A stretch of 64,000 nucleotides of DNA from Polyangiales bacterium (GTDB taxonomy: Bacteria; Myxococcota_A; Polyangia; Polyangiales; Polyangiaceae): positions 1 to 64,000 of the forward strand of contig JBBRNJ010000011.1 of the NCBI GenBank assembly GCA_038230375.1, read 5' to 3'. Position 1 is the stretch's first letter. Every line of letters begins with the position of its first letter. Shown piece by piece: positions 39,561 through 48,993 of this stretch. Position numbers and translations under genes: made by a program. Below the pieces are notes generated by a model that saw only the letters and a program-made list of their open reading frames with translations, was not told where the DNA came from and did no database searches.

Positions 39561-40705
39561 CCGGCCTCACGCCGCTTGCGATCACGACGCTGATGATGCC
39601 CGGCACGGATGCCCGCAAGGTGGACGACTTTCTTGCCGGCAAGCAGTTCCCGCTCGTGGAGGGCCCGAACGTCACCTACGTGTGGCGCGGCGACGCGGAG
39701 GGCGTGAACCTGCGTCACTGGATCTACGGACTGGAGTCCGCGAGCGCGCTCTCGCGACTGCCGCACACGGACCTCTGGTTCTTGACGCTCGACATCCCCG
39801 AGGGGTCGCGCATCGAATACAAGTTCGAGATCCTCCGCAACGGGAAGGCCGAGTGGATCGAGGACCCGCGCAACCCGAACCGCGCGCGCGATCCGTTCGG
39901 GGCGAACTCCGTGCTGCAAGCGGTCGGCTACGAAGCACCCGACTGGTCCACCCGGGACGACCTGGCGCGCCCCGGTACCATCGACCAGCTGGTCTTCGAC
40001 AGCCCCAGCCTCGAGGGCCGCCGCACCGTGCAGATGTATCTGCCCGCGCGCTTTCGCCGCTCGCGTCAGTATCCGCTCGTCGTCGTGCACGACGGCAAGG
40101 ACTACCTGAACTACGCGAGCATGAAGGAGGTCCTGGACAACCTCATTCATCGCCTGGAAATTCCCGACGTCATCGTCGCCTTCACCGACTCGCCGGATCG
40201 CCTCCGCGAATACGCGAACGATGAGGCGCATGCGCGCTTCCTGACCGAGGAGCTCGTGCCCGATCTGGCCGCGCGCTTCCCGCTCTACGATCGCCCGCAG
40301 GCGCGCTGCCTCATGGGCGCCAGCTTCGGTGCGGTTGCGTCGTTCTCCACTGCCTACCGGTATCCGGGCTTCTGGGGTCGTTTGCTCCTTCAGTCCGGGT
40401 CGTTCGCCTTCACCGACATCGGGAAGCGCAATCGCCGCGGGCCGCTGTTCGACCGCGTGGTGGAGTTCATGAACCGCTATCGCAACGAGCCCATCGCCAT
40501 CAGCGAGCGCATCTTCCTGTCCTGCGGCGTGTACGAATCGCTCATCTACGAGAACCGCTCGATGGTGCCGTTGCTCGACGCGACTGGTATGCAGGTACGC
40601 TTCGTGGAGGCTCGCGACGGTCACAACTGGGAAAACTGGCGCGACAGGCTTCGCGAGGGGCTCTCCTGGGTATTTCCCGGACCCCTCATGTTCGTCTACG
40701 AATGA
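39557..40705 (+). CDS. Fes-like alpha/beta hydrolase with N-terminal Ig/CBM48-like domain
   Basis: IEYKF...DPRNP...NS, YLP, VVHDG, GASFG, GHNW; ATGA overlap. Confidence 0.85.
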   Translation: MTGLTPLAITTLMMPGTDARKVDDFLAGKQFPLVEGPNVTYVWRGDAEGVNLRHWIYGLESASALSRLPHTDLWFLTLDIPEGSRIEYKFEILRNGKAEWIEDPRNPNRARDPFGANSVLQAVGYEAPDWSTRDDLARPGTIDQLVFDSPSLEGRRTVQMYLPARFRRSRQYPLVVVHDGKDYLNYASMKEVLDNLIHRLEIPDVIVAFTDSPDRLREYANDEAHARFLTEELVPDLAARFPLYDRPQARCLMGASFGAVASFSTAYRYPGFWGRLLLQSGSFAFTDIGKRNRRGPLFDRVVEFMNRYRNEPIAISERIFLSCGVYESLIYENRSMVPLLDATGMQVRFVEARDGHNWENWRDRLREGLSWVFPGPLMFVYE

Positions 40706-40726
40706 TGGTGGAAGTACGGGGTTTCG

Positions 40727-41962
40727 ATGGCTGAAGTAACACGTCACATTGGGCTGTCTCTGGGTGCCGACATCTGTTGGCCGCTGTGCTTCGAGCACAT
40801 GATGAAGCGGCTCGACCTCTCCATTCCGTTCGAGGGCGACACGCTGCGCTTCGACGTGGAGCGCGTCACGATCGAGCCCTTCGATCTGAAGCAGCCCGTC
40901 AAGTACGACGTGGTCGTGGACAGGCTCACGCACTGGTACCACACGAGCCGCGAGTGGATAAAAAAGTCCATCGTGATGAACGACCTCTACGTGTTCAACA
41001 ACCCGTGGAGCGTCCAGTCGAACGAGAAGCACACCAGCTACGCAGCCATGATGCAGCTGGGTATGCCCATCCCGGAGACGTGGATGGTGCCGCCGAAGAG
41101 CTACGATCCGAACCCGGATCTCAAGCCGACGCTCTCGCGCTACGCGAAGCTCTTCGACGTTGCGCTGATCGGCAAGGAGATCGGCTACCCGATGTTCATG
41201 AAGCCGTACGACGGCGGCGGCTGGCGCGCAGTGACGCGCGTGAAGAACGCGGAAGAGGCAAAAAAAGCCTACGAGGACAGCGGCACGTCCGTGATGCACG
41301 TGCAGGCGTCGGTCGAGGGGTACGACAAGTTCGTGCGCTGCATCGGCTTTGGCCCGCAGACGCGCTGTGTGCTCTACAACCCCGATGCGCCGCTGCACGA
41401 CAGGTACACGCGCGAGCGCAACTTCATCAGCCAGGCGGACGAGGAGCACCTGCGCAAGGTCACGCTCACCATCAATGCGTTCTTCGGCTGGGAGTTCAAT
41501 TCGTGCGAGTCGCTCCGCAAGAACGGCGTGTGGCACCCGATCGACTTCGCGAACCCGTGTCCGGACTCGCAGGTGACCTCGGTGCACTACCACTTCCCGT
41601 GGCTCGTCAAAGCGTACCTGCGCTGGTCGATCTTCTGCGCGGCCACCAAGCGCAAGATGCGCAAGACGCTCGACTGGGAGCCGTTCTACCTGATCGCGAA
41701 GACGGACATGTCGTACGAGGAGAAGCTCGACGCGTACGCGAAGATCGCCGACTTCCGCTTCGAGACGGCCCGGTTCGACGAGTTCTGCAAGCAGCACCTG
41801 TCGCACCTGGACGACGTGGCGAACGACTTCTTCGTCACGCCCGAGGCCAAGGATGCCGTGCGCCAGAAGGTGACAGCGCTGTTCCCGGCGCACGAGGTCG
41901 AGAAGTTCACGGAGCTGTTCTGGGGCCGCATCCAGGACTGGCGCGCACAAGGTTGTCCGTAG
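40727..41962 (+). CDS. ATP-grasp protein 4, RimK-like type
   Basis: VFNNP, IPETW, GYPMFMKPYDGGGW, IDFANPCPD. Confidence 0.85.
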   Translation: MAEVTRHIGLSLGADICWPLCFEHMMKRLDLSIPFEGDTLRFDVERVTIEPFDLKQPVKYDVVVDRLTHWYHTSREWIKKSIVMNDLYVFNNPWSVQSNEKHTSYAAMMQLGMPIPETWMVPPKSYDPNPDLKPTLSRYAKLFDVALIGKEIGYPMFMKPYDGGGWRAVTRVKNAEEAKKAYEDSGTSVMHVQASVEGYDKFVRCIGFGPQTRCVLYNPDAPLHDRYTRERNFISQADEEHLRKVTLTINAFFGWEFNSCESLRKNGVWHPIDFANPCPDSQVTSVHYHFPWLVKAYLRWSIFCAATKRKMRKTLDWEPFYLIAKTDMSYEEKLDAYAKIADFRFETARFDEFCKQHLSHLDDVANDFFVTPEAKDAVRQKVTALFPAHEVEKFTELFWGRIQDWRAQGCP

Positions 41963-42070
41963 AGTCGGGCCTCCGCCCGACTCCACTTGTTTGGTCACGT
42001 GAAACCCTCCGGGTTTCCTCATCGCTCCGCGATGAGCCTCCTTCCGATGCTTCGCAACGTGCTTCGCACG
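41962..42070. repeat. REP-like array of short hairpins, copy 2
   Basis: GAGTCGGGC-CTCC-GCCCGACTC, GAAACCC-TCC-GGGTTTC, CTCATCGC-TCC-GCGATGAG-CCTCC, CGTGC-TTC-GCACG. Confidence 0.7.
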
Positions 42071-42120
42071 CAGATCGAGCCGAGAACGACAGTAGGATGG
42101 GCTAGGAGAGTGGTGGTTCC

Positions 42121-42876
42121 ATGAAGACTCGTTGGTATTCGACCCGCACGCAGTGCGAGGTGACGCTGGCCCGCTGGGGCGAGGTCGGGCAGCCGGTGCT
42201 CATTTTTCCCACCGCCGCAGGTGACGCGGAGGAGGTGGAGCGCTTCCTCATGATCAAGGCGCTCACGCCGTTGCTCACCGAAGGCCGCATCAAGATCTAC
42301 TCGATCGACAGCGTCGGCGGTCGCGTGTGGTTCAACAAGGAGGGCAGCCCCGAGCACCGCATGTGGATGCAGAACCAGTTCCACCAGTACATCAAGCACG
42401 AGGTGGTGCCGGCCATTCGCAAGGACTGCAAGAACGACGACATCACCATCTGGGCGGCGGGCGCGTCGATCGGCGCGTTCCACTCGGCCGCGGTCGTCTG
42501 CCGCTTCCCTGACATGTTCTCGCGCGCGCTCGCCATGAGCGGCACCTTCAACTTGATGCGCTTCACGGAGGCGGAGCATCCCACCGACTATTTCCGTGTA
42601 TCTTCCCCGCTTTATTTCGTGCCGCACCTGGAAGGAAGGCACCTTGCGATGCTGCGCACGCGGCACATCCAGATGGTGACGGGCGAGGGGAAGTGGGAAA
42701 ACCTGGGCGAGAGCTTCGGCCTCGCCAACGTCCTTGGGCAGGCGGGTGTCCCGAACCACGTAGATTCCTGGGGCCCCACGTGGGACCATGACTGGGTCAC
42801 ATGGCGCGCAATGATGCCCAAGTACCTGGACCAGTGGACGCGGCCCGCTTCTTCCCTGAAGGGCGCGCGGAGATAG
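42121..42876 (+). CDS. Esterase-like alpha/beta hydrolase
   Basis: PVLIFPT, GASIGAFH nucleophile elbow, WG...HDW; AGGAG SD. Confidence 0.85.
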   Translation: MKTRWYSTRTQCEVTLARWGEVGQPVLIFPTAAGDAEEVERFLMIKALTPLLTEGRIKIYSIDSVGGRVWFNKEGSPEHRMWMQNQFHQYIKHEVVPAIRKDCKNDDITIWAAGASIGAFHSAAVVCRFPDMFSRALAMSGTFNLMRFTEAEHPTDYFRVSSPLYFVPHLEGRHLAMLRTRHIQMVTGEGKWENLGESFGLANVLGQAGVPNHVDSWGPTWDHDWVTWRAMMPKYLDQWTRPASSLKGARR

Positions 42877-42879
42877 CCC

Positions 42880-44880
42880 ATGCCTGAGACACGGGCACAC
42901 AAGCAGATCGAAGGCGGGCTCGAGGGGGCCGCGCGGCGTGACTTCATTCGCGCTCTCTTGCGCGACCTCGAGGCGTTCGAGCAGATGTCGAAGTCCGGCG
43001 CGTTCGAGCGCGGCGTGACGCGCATCGGTGCGGAGCAGGAGATCTTCCTCGTCAACAACACGTACCAGCCCGCGCCGGGCGCGCTGTCGCTCCTGGAGCG
43101 GCTGCAAGACAACCACTTCACGACGGAGCTCGGGCTCTTCAACCTGGAGATCAACGCGGACCCGCAGCCGCTCGCTGGCGGTGGACTCCGTGCGATGGAG
43201 CAGCAGCTCTCGGCGCTGTTCGACAAGGTGCGATCGAAGGCCAAGGAGATCGAGCTCATGCCGGTGATGGCCGGCATCCTTCCCACGATCGGCAAGACAG
43301 ACCTGGGGCTCGAGAACATGGTCCCCAGCCCGCGCTACCAGACGCTGAACCGCGTGATGAACGCCGCGCGCGGTGAGGCGTTCGATTTCTCCATCCGCGG
43401 GATCGACGAGCTCGTCGTCAAGCACGACTCCGTCATGGTGGAGTCTTGCAACGCGAGCTTCCAGGTCCACCTGCAGCTGAAGGAGCCGGAGAAGTTCGCG
43501 CACTACTACAACCTTGCGCAGCTACTCCTGGCGCCGGTGCTCGCCGCGGGCACGAACTCGCCGGTGCTGTTCGGGCGTCGTCTCTGGGCAGAGACGCGCA
43601 TCGCGCTCTTCGAGCAAGCCTGCGACATCCGCACGCCGGGACTGCACCTCCGCGACGAGCAGGGACGCGTGTCGTTCGGTCGCGGCTGGCTTCAGGGCAG
43701 CGCCGCGGATCTCTATCGCGAGAACATCGCGCGGTTCCGAGCGCTGGTCGGCACCGACGTCGACGAGGATCCGATCGAGGTGCTCAAGCAGGGCAGGAGC
43801 CCGGGGCTGAAGGCGCTCGCGCTCCACAACGGCACGATCTACCGCTGGAATCGCGCCTGTTACGGCATCAGCGAGAACGGCAAGCCGCACCTCCGCATCG
43901 AGCTGCGCGTCCTTCCGTCAGGACCCACCATCGCGGACGAGATGGCAAACGCCGCCATGTGGCTTGGCCTGATGGTGGAGCTGGGCGAGACCATCGGCGA
44001 CATCCCGCAGCGCATGCTGTTCGAGCACGCGCAGACAAACCTGTACGCCGCCGCGCGCGAAGGTCTGGGTGCGCGCTTCACCTGGTTCGACGGTGAAGAG
44101 GTGTACGCCGGTGAGCTCGTCGAGAAGCGGCTCTTGCCGCTCGCGCACAAGGGACTGCTCCGCGCCGGCGTGGAACCGAAGGACGCGGATCGCTACATTG
44201 GCATCCTCACGAAGCGCGTCGCAACGCAGCAGACCGGCTCGCGGTGGATGCTGCAGTCGCTCGAGGGCATGCGTCACAAGGGCACCATGGGCGGACGCCT
44301 CACCGCGCTCGTGGCCGGCATGATCACGCGTCAGCGCACGGACAAGGTCGTGAGCGAGTGGGAGAAGGCGGAGCTGGCGGAGAACGACAGCGCACGCACC
44401 GGTTATCAGAAGGTCTCGCAGTACATGTCGCAGGACTTCGTGACCGTACAGCCGGATGATCCCGTGGAGCTCGTTCGCGAGCTCATGGCGTGGGAGCACG
44501 TTCGCTACGTCGCCGTGGAGGACGACAAGGATCGGCTCGTCGGCCTCATCTCGCAGCGCGCGGTCAAGCGACACTACGATCAGCTGGCCGAGCAGGAAGC
44601 CGGCAATGGGCCGAGCAGCGCACCCTCGGTGTCGGCTGCGCACCTCATGCGCAGGAGCCCCGTCACCGTCACGCCGGACTCCTCCACGCTGGACGCCATC
44701 GAGCTGATGCGCAACCATCGGGTGGGCTGTCTTCCCGTGGTGCAGGACGGCCATATCGTTGCGGTCCTGACCGAAGACGACTTCATCGGGATCGTCGGCA
44801 AGATCATCGAGCAAGAGGCCGAGTCGCAGCAGCACATGAGCGCCCTCCTCGGAGACTCCGGAGACGACAACGATGATTGA
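42880..44880 (+). CDS. Glutamate-cysteine ligase family 2 (GCS2)-like protein with C-terminal CBS pair
   Basis: GAEQE, TTELGLFNLE, SFQVHLQ, NSP, HNGTIYRWNR, RIELR; two CBS domains (VGCLPVV). Confidence 0.88.
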   Translation: MPETRAHKQIEGGLEGAARRDFIRALLRDLEAFEQMSKSGAFERGVTRIGAEQEIFLVNNTYQPAPGALSLLERLQDNHFTTELGLFNLEINADPQPLAGGGLRAMEQQLSALFDKVRSKAKEIELMPVMAGILPTIGKTDLGLENMVPSPRYQTLNRVMNAARGEAFDFSIRGIDELVVKHDSVMVESCNASFQVHLQLKEPEKFAHYYNLAQLLLAPVLAAGTNSPVLFGRRLWAETRIALFEQACDIRTPGLHLRDEQGRVSFGRGWLQGSAADLYRENIARFRALVGTDVDEDPIEVLKQGRSPGLKALALHNGTIYRWNRACYGISENGKPHLRIELRVLPSGPTIADEMANAAMWLGLMVELGETIGDIPQRMLFEHAQTNLYAAAREGLGARFTWFDGEEVYAGELVEKRLLPLAHKGLLRAGVEPKDADRYIGILTKRVATQQTGSRWMLQSLEGMRHKGTMGGRLTALVAGMITRQRTDKVVSEWEKAELAENDSARTGYQKVSQYMSQDFVTVQPDDPVELVRELMAWEHVRYVAVEDDKDRLVGLISQRAVKRHYDQLAEQEAGNGPSSAPSVSAAHLMRRSPVTVTPDSSTLDAIELMRNHRVGCLPVVQDGHIVAVLTEDDFIGIVGKIIEQEAESQQHMSALLGDSGDDNDD

Positions 44881-44889
44881 AGGCATGCA

Positions 44890-46095
44890 ATGAGTCCCAC
44901 TTCCAGTTCAGCCAAGAGCCCGTCAAACGACCCGACGAAGATGGAACGCGTTCAGAAGAGGCCCATCCTGGAGCGCCGGGAGGTCGGTCGCATCGTCTCG
45001 GAGGTGCCGGGGCCGTCGCTGATCGTCGTCGCGGGCATCCACGGCAACGAGGCCGCTGGCATCGAGGGTTCACGACGGGTGCTCGCGCGCCTGGAGCGCG
45101 GTGACATCGGGCTCCGCGGTGAGCTGCTGGTCCTGGGCGGCAACGTGGCGGCGCTGCAGAAGGGTGTTCGCTATCAGGCGAAGGACCTGAACCGCGTCTG
45201 GACCGAGGACCAGGTCCGCGCGCTGCGCAAGAAGCGCGAGCTCGACGCCGAGGATCGCGAGCAGCTCGATCTGCTCACCCAGGTGGAGGCGGCGATAGGT
45301 CGCGCGCGCGGTCGCGTGCACCTGGCGGACTTCCACACGTCCAGCGCGGAGGGGATTCCGTTCATCCTGTTCGGCGACACGTTGCCGCAGCGCAAGTTCG
45401 TCCGCGCGTTTCCGCTCCCCGTCGTCATCGGGCTCGAGGAGCAGGTCGACGGCGTGCAGTCCGCGTTCTGGACCAAACGCAACTGCGTCACGTTCGGATG
45501 CGAGGGCGGGCAGCACGACGACCCCGCGTCCGTCGACGCGCTGGAGGCAGTCCTCTGGATCGCGCTCCGTCAGGCGGGTGTGCTCCGGATGGGGCGCGGT
45601 GACAAGCTGCCGGAGCTCACCGCTGCGGAGAACCTGCTCGAGAAGCGGCGCGGCGCGCTGCCGCGCATGCTGGAGGTCGTGTCCAGGCACGAGATCTCGC
45701 CCGAGGACGAGTTCAAGATGGAGCCGGGCTTCAGCTGCCTCGACCACGCAGAGAACGGCCAGCTGCTCGCCCGTGATCGCAACGGAGAGATCCGCGCGCC
45801 AAGGGACGGCATGGTGATCCTGCCGCTCTACCAGGGCCTTGGCAGCGACGGCTTCTTCTGGGGCCGCGCGGTGACGGAGGCGCGGCTGCTCGCGTCCGAG
45901 GTGCTTCGACGGCTCGAGTTCGAGCGCGTGCTGCCGTTTCTCCCTGGCGTCTCTCGCTGCAAGGACGACTCGTCACGCCTGATCGTCAACACGAAGATCG
46001 CGCGGCTCTACCCGCTCGATGTGTTTCATTTCTTCGGGTACCGCCGCATCCGCGAGCGTGGCTCCGAGCTCACCGTCGAACGACAACCCGGCTGA
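44890..46095 (+). CDS. Succinylglutamate desuccinylase/aspartoacylase (M14-like) family protein
   Basis: AGIHGNE, DLNR, DFHTSS, EGGQH. Confidence 0.88.
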   Translation: MSPTSSSAKSPSNDPTKMERVQKRPILERREVGRIVSEVPGPSLIVVAGIHGNEAAGIEGSRRVLARLERGDIGLRGELLVLGGNVAALQKGVRYQAKDLNRVWTEDQVRALRKKRELDAEDREQLDLLTQVEAAIGRARGRVHLADFHTSSAEGIPFILFGDTLPQRKFVRAFPLPVVIGLEEQVDGVQSAFWTKRNCVTFGCEGGQHDDPASVDALEAVLWIALRQAGVLRMGRGDKLPELTAAENLLEKRRGALPRMLEVVSRHEISPEDEFKMEPGFSCLDHAENGQLLARDRNGEIRAPRDGMVILPLYQGLGSDGFFWGRAVTEARLLASEVLRRLEFERVLPFLPGVSRCKDDSSRLIVNTKIARLYPLDVFHFFGYRRIRERGSELTVERQPG

Positions 46096-46099
46096 CCGC

Positions 46100-48448
46100 A
46101 TGGGTACCCCGCACGATCCGACGCTCCCCTCGTCTCAGGCCTATCCCTCGGATCCGGATGCGTCGGGCGACTTCATCGCGGGTGCGGTACGGCTCGTCGC
46201 AGGGCGGTACGAGATCATCGGCTTGCTCGGGATGGGCGGCATGGGCGCCGTCTATCGTGCGCGCGACCTGGAGCTGGGTGAGAACGTCGCGCTCAAGGTC
46301 ATCCGCCCCGAGTTCGCGAACGGCGCCGCAGCGCACGCGCGCTTCCGGCGCGAGGTGCGACTTGCACGAAGGGTCACGCACAAGAACGTCGCGCGCACGT
46401 ACGACCTGGGCGACGCCGACGGACATCGCTTCCTGACCATGGAGCTGGTGGAGGGCGCCACGCTCGGCGAGCTGCTCGAGAAGCGCGGCCAGCTCCAGAT
46501 CGATCGCGCCATCGAGATAGCGCTCGCCATGTGCGACGGGGTGGCTGCCGCGCACGACGCTGGCGTCATCCATCGCGATCTCAAGCCCGACAACGTGGTC
46601 ATCGCGAACGATGGTCGCGTGGTCGTCATGGACTTCGGCGTGGCGCGTGGCACGGAGGAGCGCGGAGAGCTGGGGCGCCTCATGGCCACTGGCACGCCGG
46701 CGTACATGGCGCCGGAGCAGGCCGAGAACGTCGCGAGCCTCGATGGTCGCGCGGACGAGTATGCCATCGGCGCGATCCTCTTCGAGATGCTGACCGGGCA
46801 GAAGCCGTTCCCCGGCAACACCATCGCATCGCTGGCGCAGCGCCTCATGCATGGCCCACCGAACCCGCGCACGCTACGGCCCGAGGTCTCGCCCGAGCTC
46901 GGCGCGCTCGTCGTGCGCTGCCTGGCGCGCGATCGGGAAGAGCGATATCCCGGCGTCGCGATCGCCGCCGAGCAGCTTCGTGCGGTGCCGGAGGCAAGAG
47001 GTCCGCTCGCCGTCCGTGCCCTGTCCACTGTGCCGCCGAAGATGACGCGCGACCCCGTGCTCCTCGCGGTGGTCCCGTTCGAGGCCGAGGACGAGGCCAG
47101 CATCGAGCACCTTGGCTTCGGCCTCTCCGACGGCCTGATCGACGCGCTCTCGTCCGTCACGGGCCTGCGCCTCTGCTCGCGCGGGGTGACTGCGCGCCTG
47201 ACCGGCACGCTTCCGGAGCTCCGCGAGCGAGCACGGCTACTGGGCGCACAGCTCCTGCTCACGGGGTCGCTGAAGACCCTCGGGAACGGGATCCGCATCA
47301 AGGTGAATCTCGCCACGGTGGAGGACGGGTTCTCCATCTACCGTCTGCGCCTCACGGGCGCGTCGTCCGACATTCCTACGTTCACGGAGCAGATCGCGAG
47401 CGGTCTAGCGCAGGCGTTGGGGCTCACGCCGCCGCGCTTCGAGCACGCGCTCTCGAACCCCGAGGCCCTGGATTTCTACCTCCGCGCGCGTCGCGAGTAC
47501 TTCCGCTACAGCCCATCTGCGATCGCGCGCGCGTGCGAGCTGTTCCGCATGGCGGTGGAGCGTGCGCCCGAGGACCCGGTCATCCTCAGCGCGTACGCGA
47601 TGGCCACCACCCGCCTCGCCGGCGTCGAGGTGCAGTACGCGGGGCCGCTGGAGATCGCGGAGGCGGCCGCGAGTCGTGCTTTCGCCATCGCACCGAACCG
47701 TGTCGAGTCGCGCGTGGCGCTCGCCACCGTGGCTCTTCACGCAGGCGACGCGCCCACGGCTGCCGAGCATGTGGCGCGCGCGCTCCGGATTGCCCCGAGC
47801 TCACCGGAGGCGTGCGCGATCGCCGCACGGTTGTTGCTCGAGGCAGGCGCCGTGAACGAGGGGCTCGCGCACCTGGATCTCGTACTGGCACTGGAGCCTC
47901 GCTACGGCGGCATGCGCTATCCGGGCGCGCGCGCGCTGGCCCTCACGGGGGACTGGTCCGAGTCGCAGCGCCTCTTGCTGGGGCCCGTGGATCGCGTCTC
48001 GCCGTTCAGCTACTGGCTCGACCGGCTTCGCATGTGCTTCTGGCGCATGGATCCCTCGTGGATGAACGGCGTCACCGCCGACATGTTCGCGGGGCTGGAG
48101 ACGCAGGAGCGCGTGGTGGCGCAGGAGTCGGTGGTGTGGCTGCGCGAGCATCGGGTGGTCCCGCGCCTGGTCGACATGTTCCGCGAGCTCGCGTACTCGC
48201 TCGGCGCGTCGCGTCGCACGAAGGCCTTCTATGCGCAGCTCACGGTGGAGGCTCGCTGCTACCTGGGTGGCATGCAGGACGAGGCGGCGTCAGCGCTCCT
48301 TCGCGCCGTGTCGGAAGGACTCTTCGACGAAGCATGGATCCGCTGCTGCCCTGTCCTTGAATCGATCCGCGATCGTCCCGAGGTCCGCGAGGCCCACGCC
48401 CTGGTAGCGCAACGAGCCGCCGGAGTGCGCGCCGCGCTGGGGGTCTAG
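46100..48448 (+). CDS. Ser/Thr protein kinase with TolB-N-like and TPR regions
   Basis: GMGGMG, VALK, HRDLKPDN, DFG, GTPAYMAPE. Confidence 0.93.
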   Translation: MGTPHDPTLPSSQAYPSDPDASGDFIAGAVRLVAGRYEIIGLLGMGGMGAVYRARDLELGENVALKVIRPEFANGAAAHARFRREVRLARRVTHKNVARTYDLGDADGHRFLTMELVEGATLGELLEKRGQLQIDRAIEIALAMCDGVAAAHDAGVIHRDLKPDNVVIANDGRVVVMDFGVARGTEERGELGRLMATGTPAYMAPEQAENVASLDGRADEYAIGAILFEMLTGQKPFPGNTIASLAQRLMHGPPNPRTLRPEVSPELGALVVRCLARDREERYPGVAIAAEQLRAVPEARGPLAVRALSTVPPKMTRDPVLLAVVPFEAEDEASIEHLGFGLSDGLIDALSSVTGLRLCSRGVTARLTGTLPELRERARLLGAQLLLTGSLKTLGNGIRIKVNLATVEDGFSIYRLRLTGASSDIPTFTEQIASGLAQALGLTPPRFEHALSNPEALDFYLRARREYFRYSPSAIARACELFRMAVERAPEDPVILSAYAMATTRLAGVEVQYAGPLEIAEAAASRAFAIAPNRVESRVALATVALHAGDAPTAAEHVARALRIAPSSPEACAIAARLLLEAGAVNEGLAHLDLVLALEPRYGGMRYPGARALALTGDWSESQRLLLGPVDRVSPFSYWLDRLRMCFWRMDPSWMNGVTADMFAGLETQERVVAQESVVWLREHRVVPRLVDMFRELAYSLGASRRTKAFYAQLTVEARCYLGGMQDEAASALLRAVSEGLFDEAWIRCCPVLESIRDRPEVREAHALVAQRAAGVRAALGV

Positions 48449-48482
48449 GAGCTCGACCCGATCAGGGCGGCTCTCCCTCACG

Positions 48483-48944
48483 TCAGGGTTGCTCCAGGGT
48501 GCCTTCGAGCGATGGCTGGCACTGCCCTCCGCGGCACTCGACGCCCATGGAGGCCCACTTGCATCTTGGATCGTCAGGGCAGGCGATGGTGACGGAGTCC
48601 ATCGCCGTCTTCCAGCGGGCTTCGGCCGGCGCGGGTGGAAATGGGCGTGCCACGGCGACGCTACCGCAGTTGCGGGCGCGCACCCACTCCGTGCAGTCGG
48701 CGGTGCTCGCGCAGGCCTTGTTCGCGGCCTTGGCGATCGCCTCCAGATCTTGAGAGCCAGCATCGCAGCGCTGCGCGTCGAGCTTCTTCTCCACCTTCGG
48801 AGGCCCCGCGTCGACAGCGACCGCGGTGGGGCCCGCGTCCGTGCCGTTGGCCTTGTTGTCGGGGCAGCCCGTGAGCAGCGATGGCGCAATGAGCAGCAGC
48901 GCGGGGGCGCCCCCGAAAAGCGCGGCGAAGGAGAAGTGCCTCAT
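48483..48944 (-). CDS. Small Cys-rich lipoprotein
   Basis: Lipobox LTGC; several Cys residues. Confidence 0.6.
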   Translation of the reverse strand: MRHFSFAALFGGAPALLLIAPSLLTGCPDNKANGTDAGPTAVAVDAGPPKVEKKLDAQRCDAGSQDLEAIAKAANKACASTADCTEWVRARNCGSVAVARPFPPAPAEARWKTAMDSVTIACPDDPRCKWASMGVECRGGQCQPSLEGTLEQP

Positions 48945-48993
48945 GGGGGCAGAGTCTATGGGGATGAGGCGATTCTGGGTATAGTGCCGCCGC

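Noticed and set aside
39461..42022. 853 aa minus-strand ORF, and similar long antisense ORFs such as 13176-15509, 19917-21746 and 17661-19385
   Set aside because: Each lies opposite a motif-bearing gene and has no recognisable motifs; expected from high-GC codon bias
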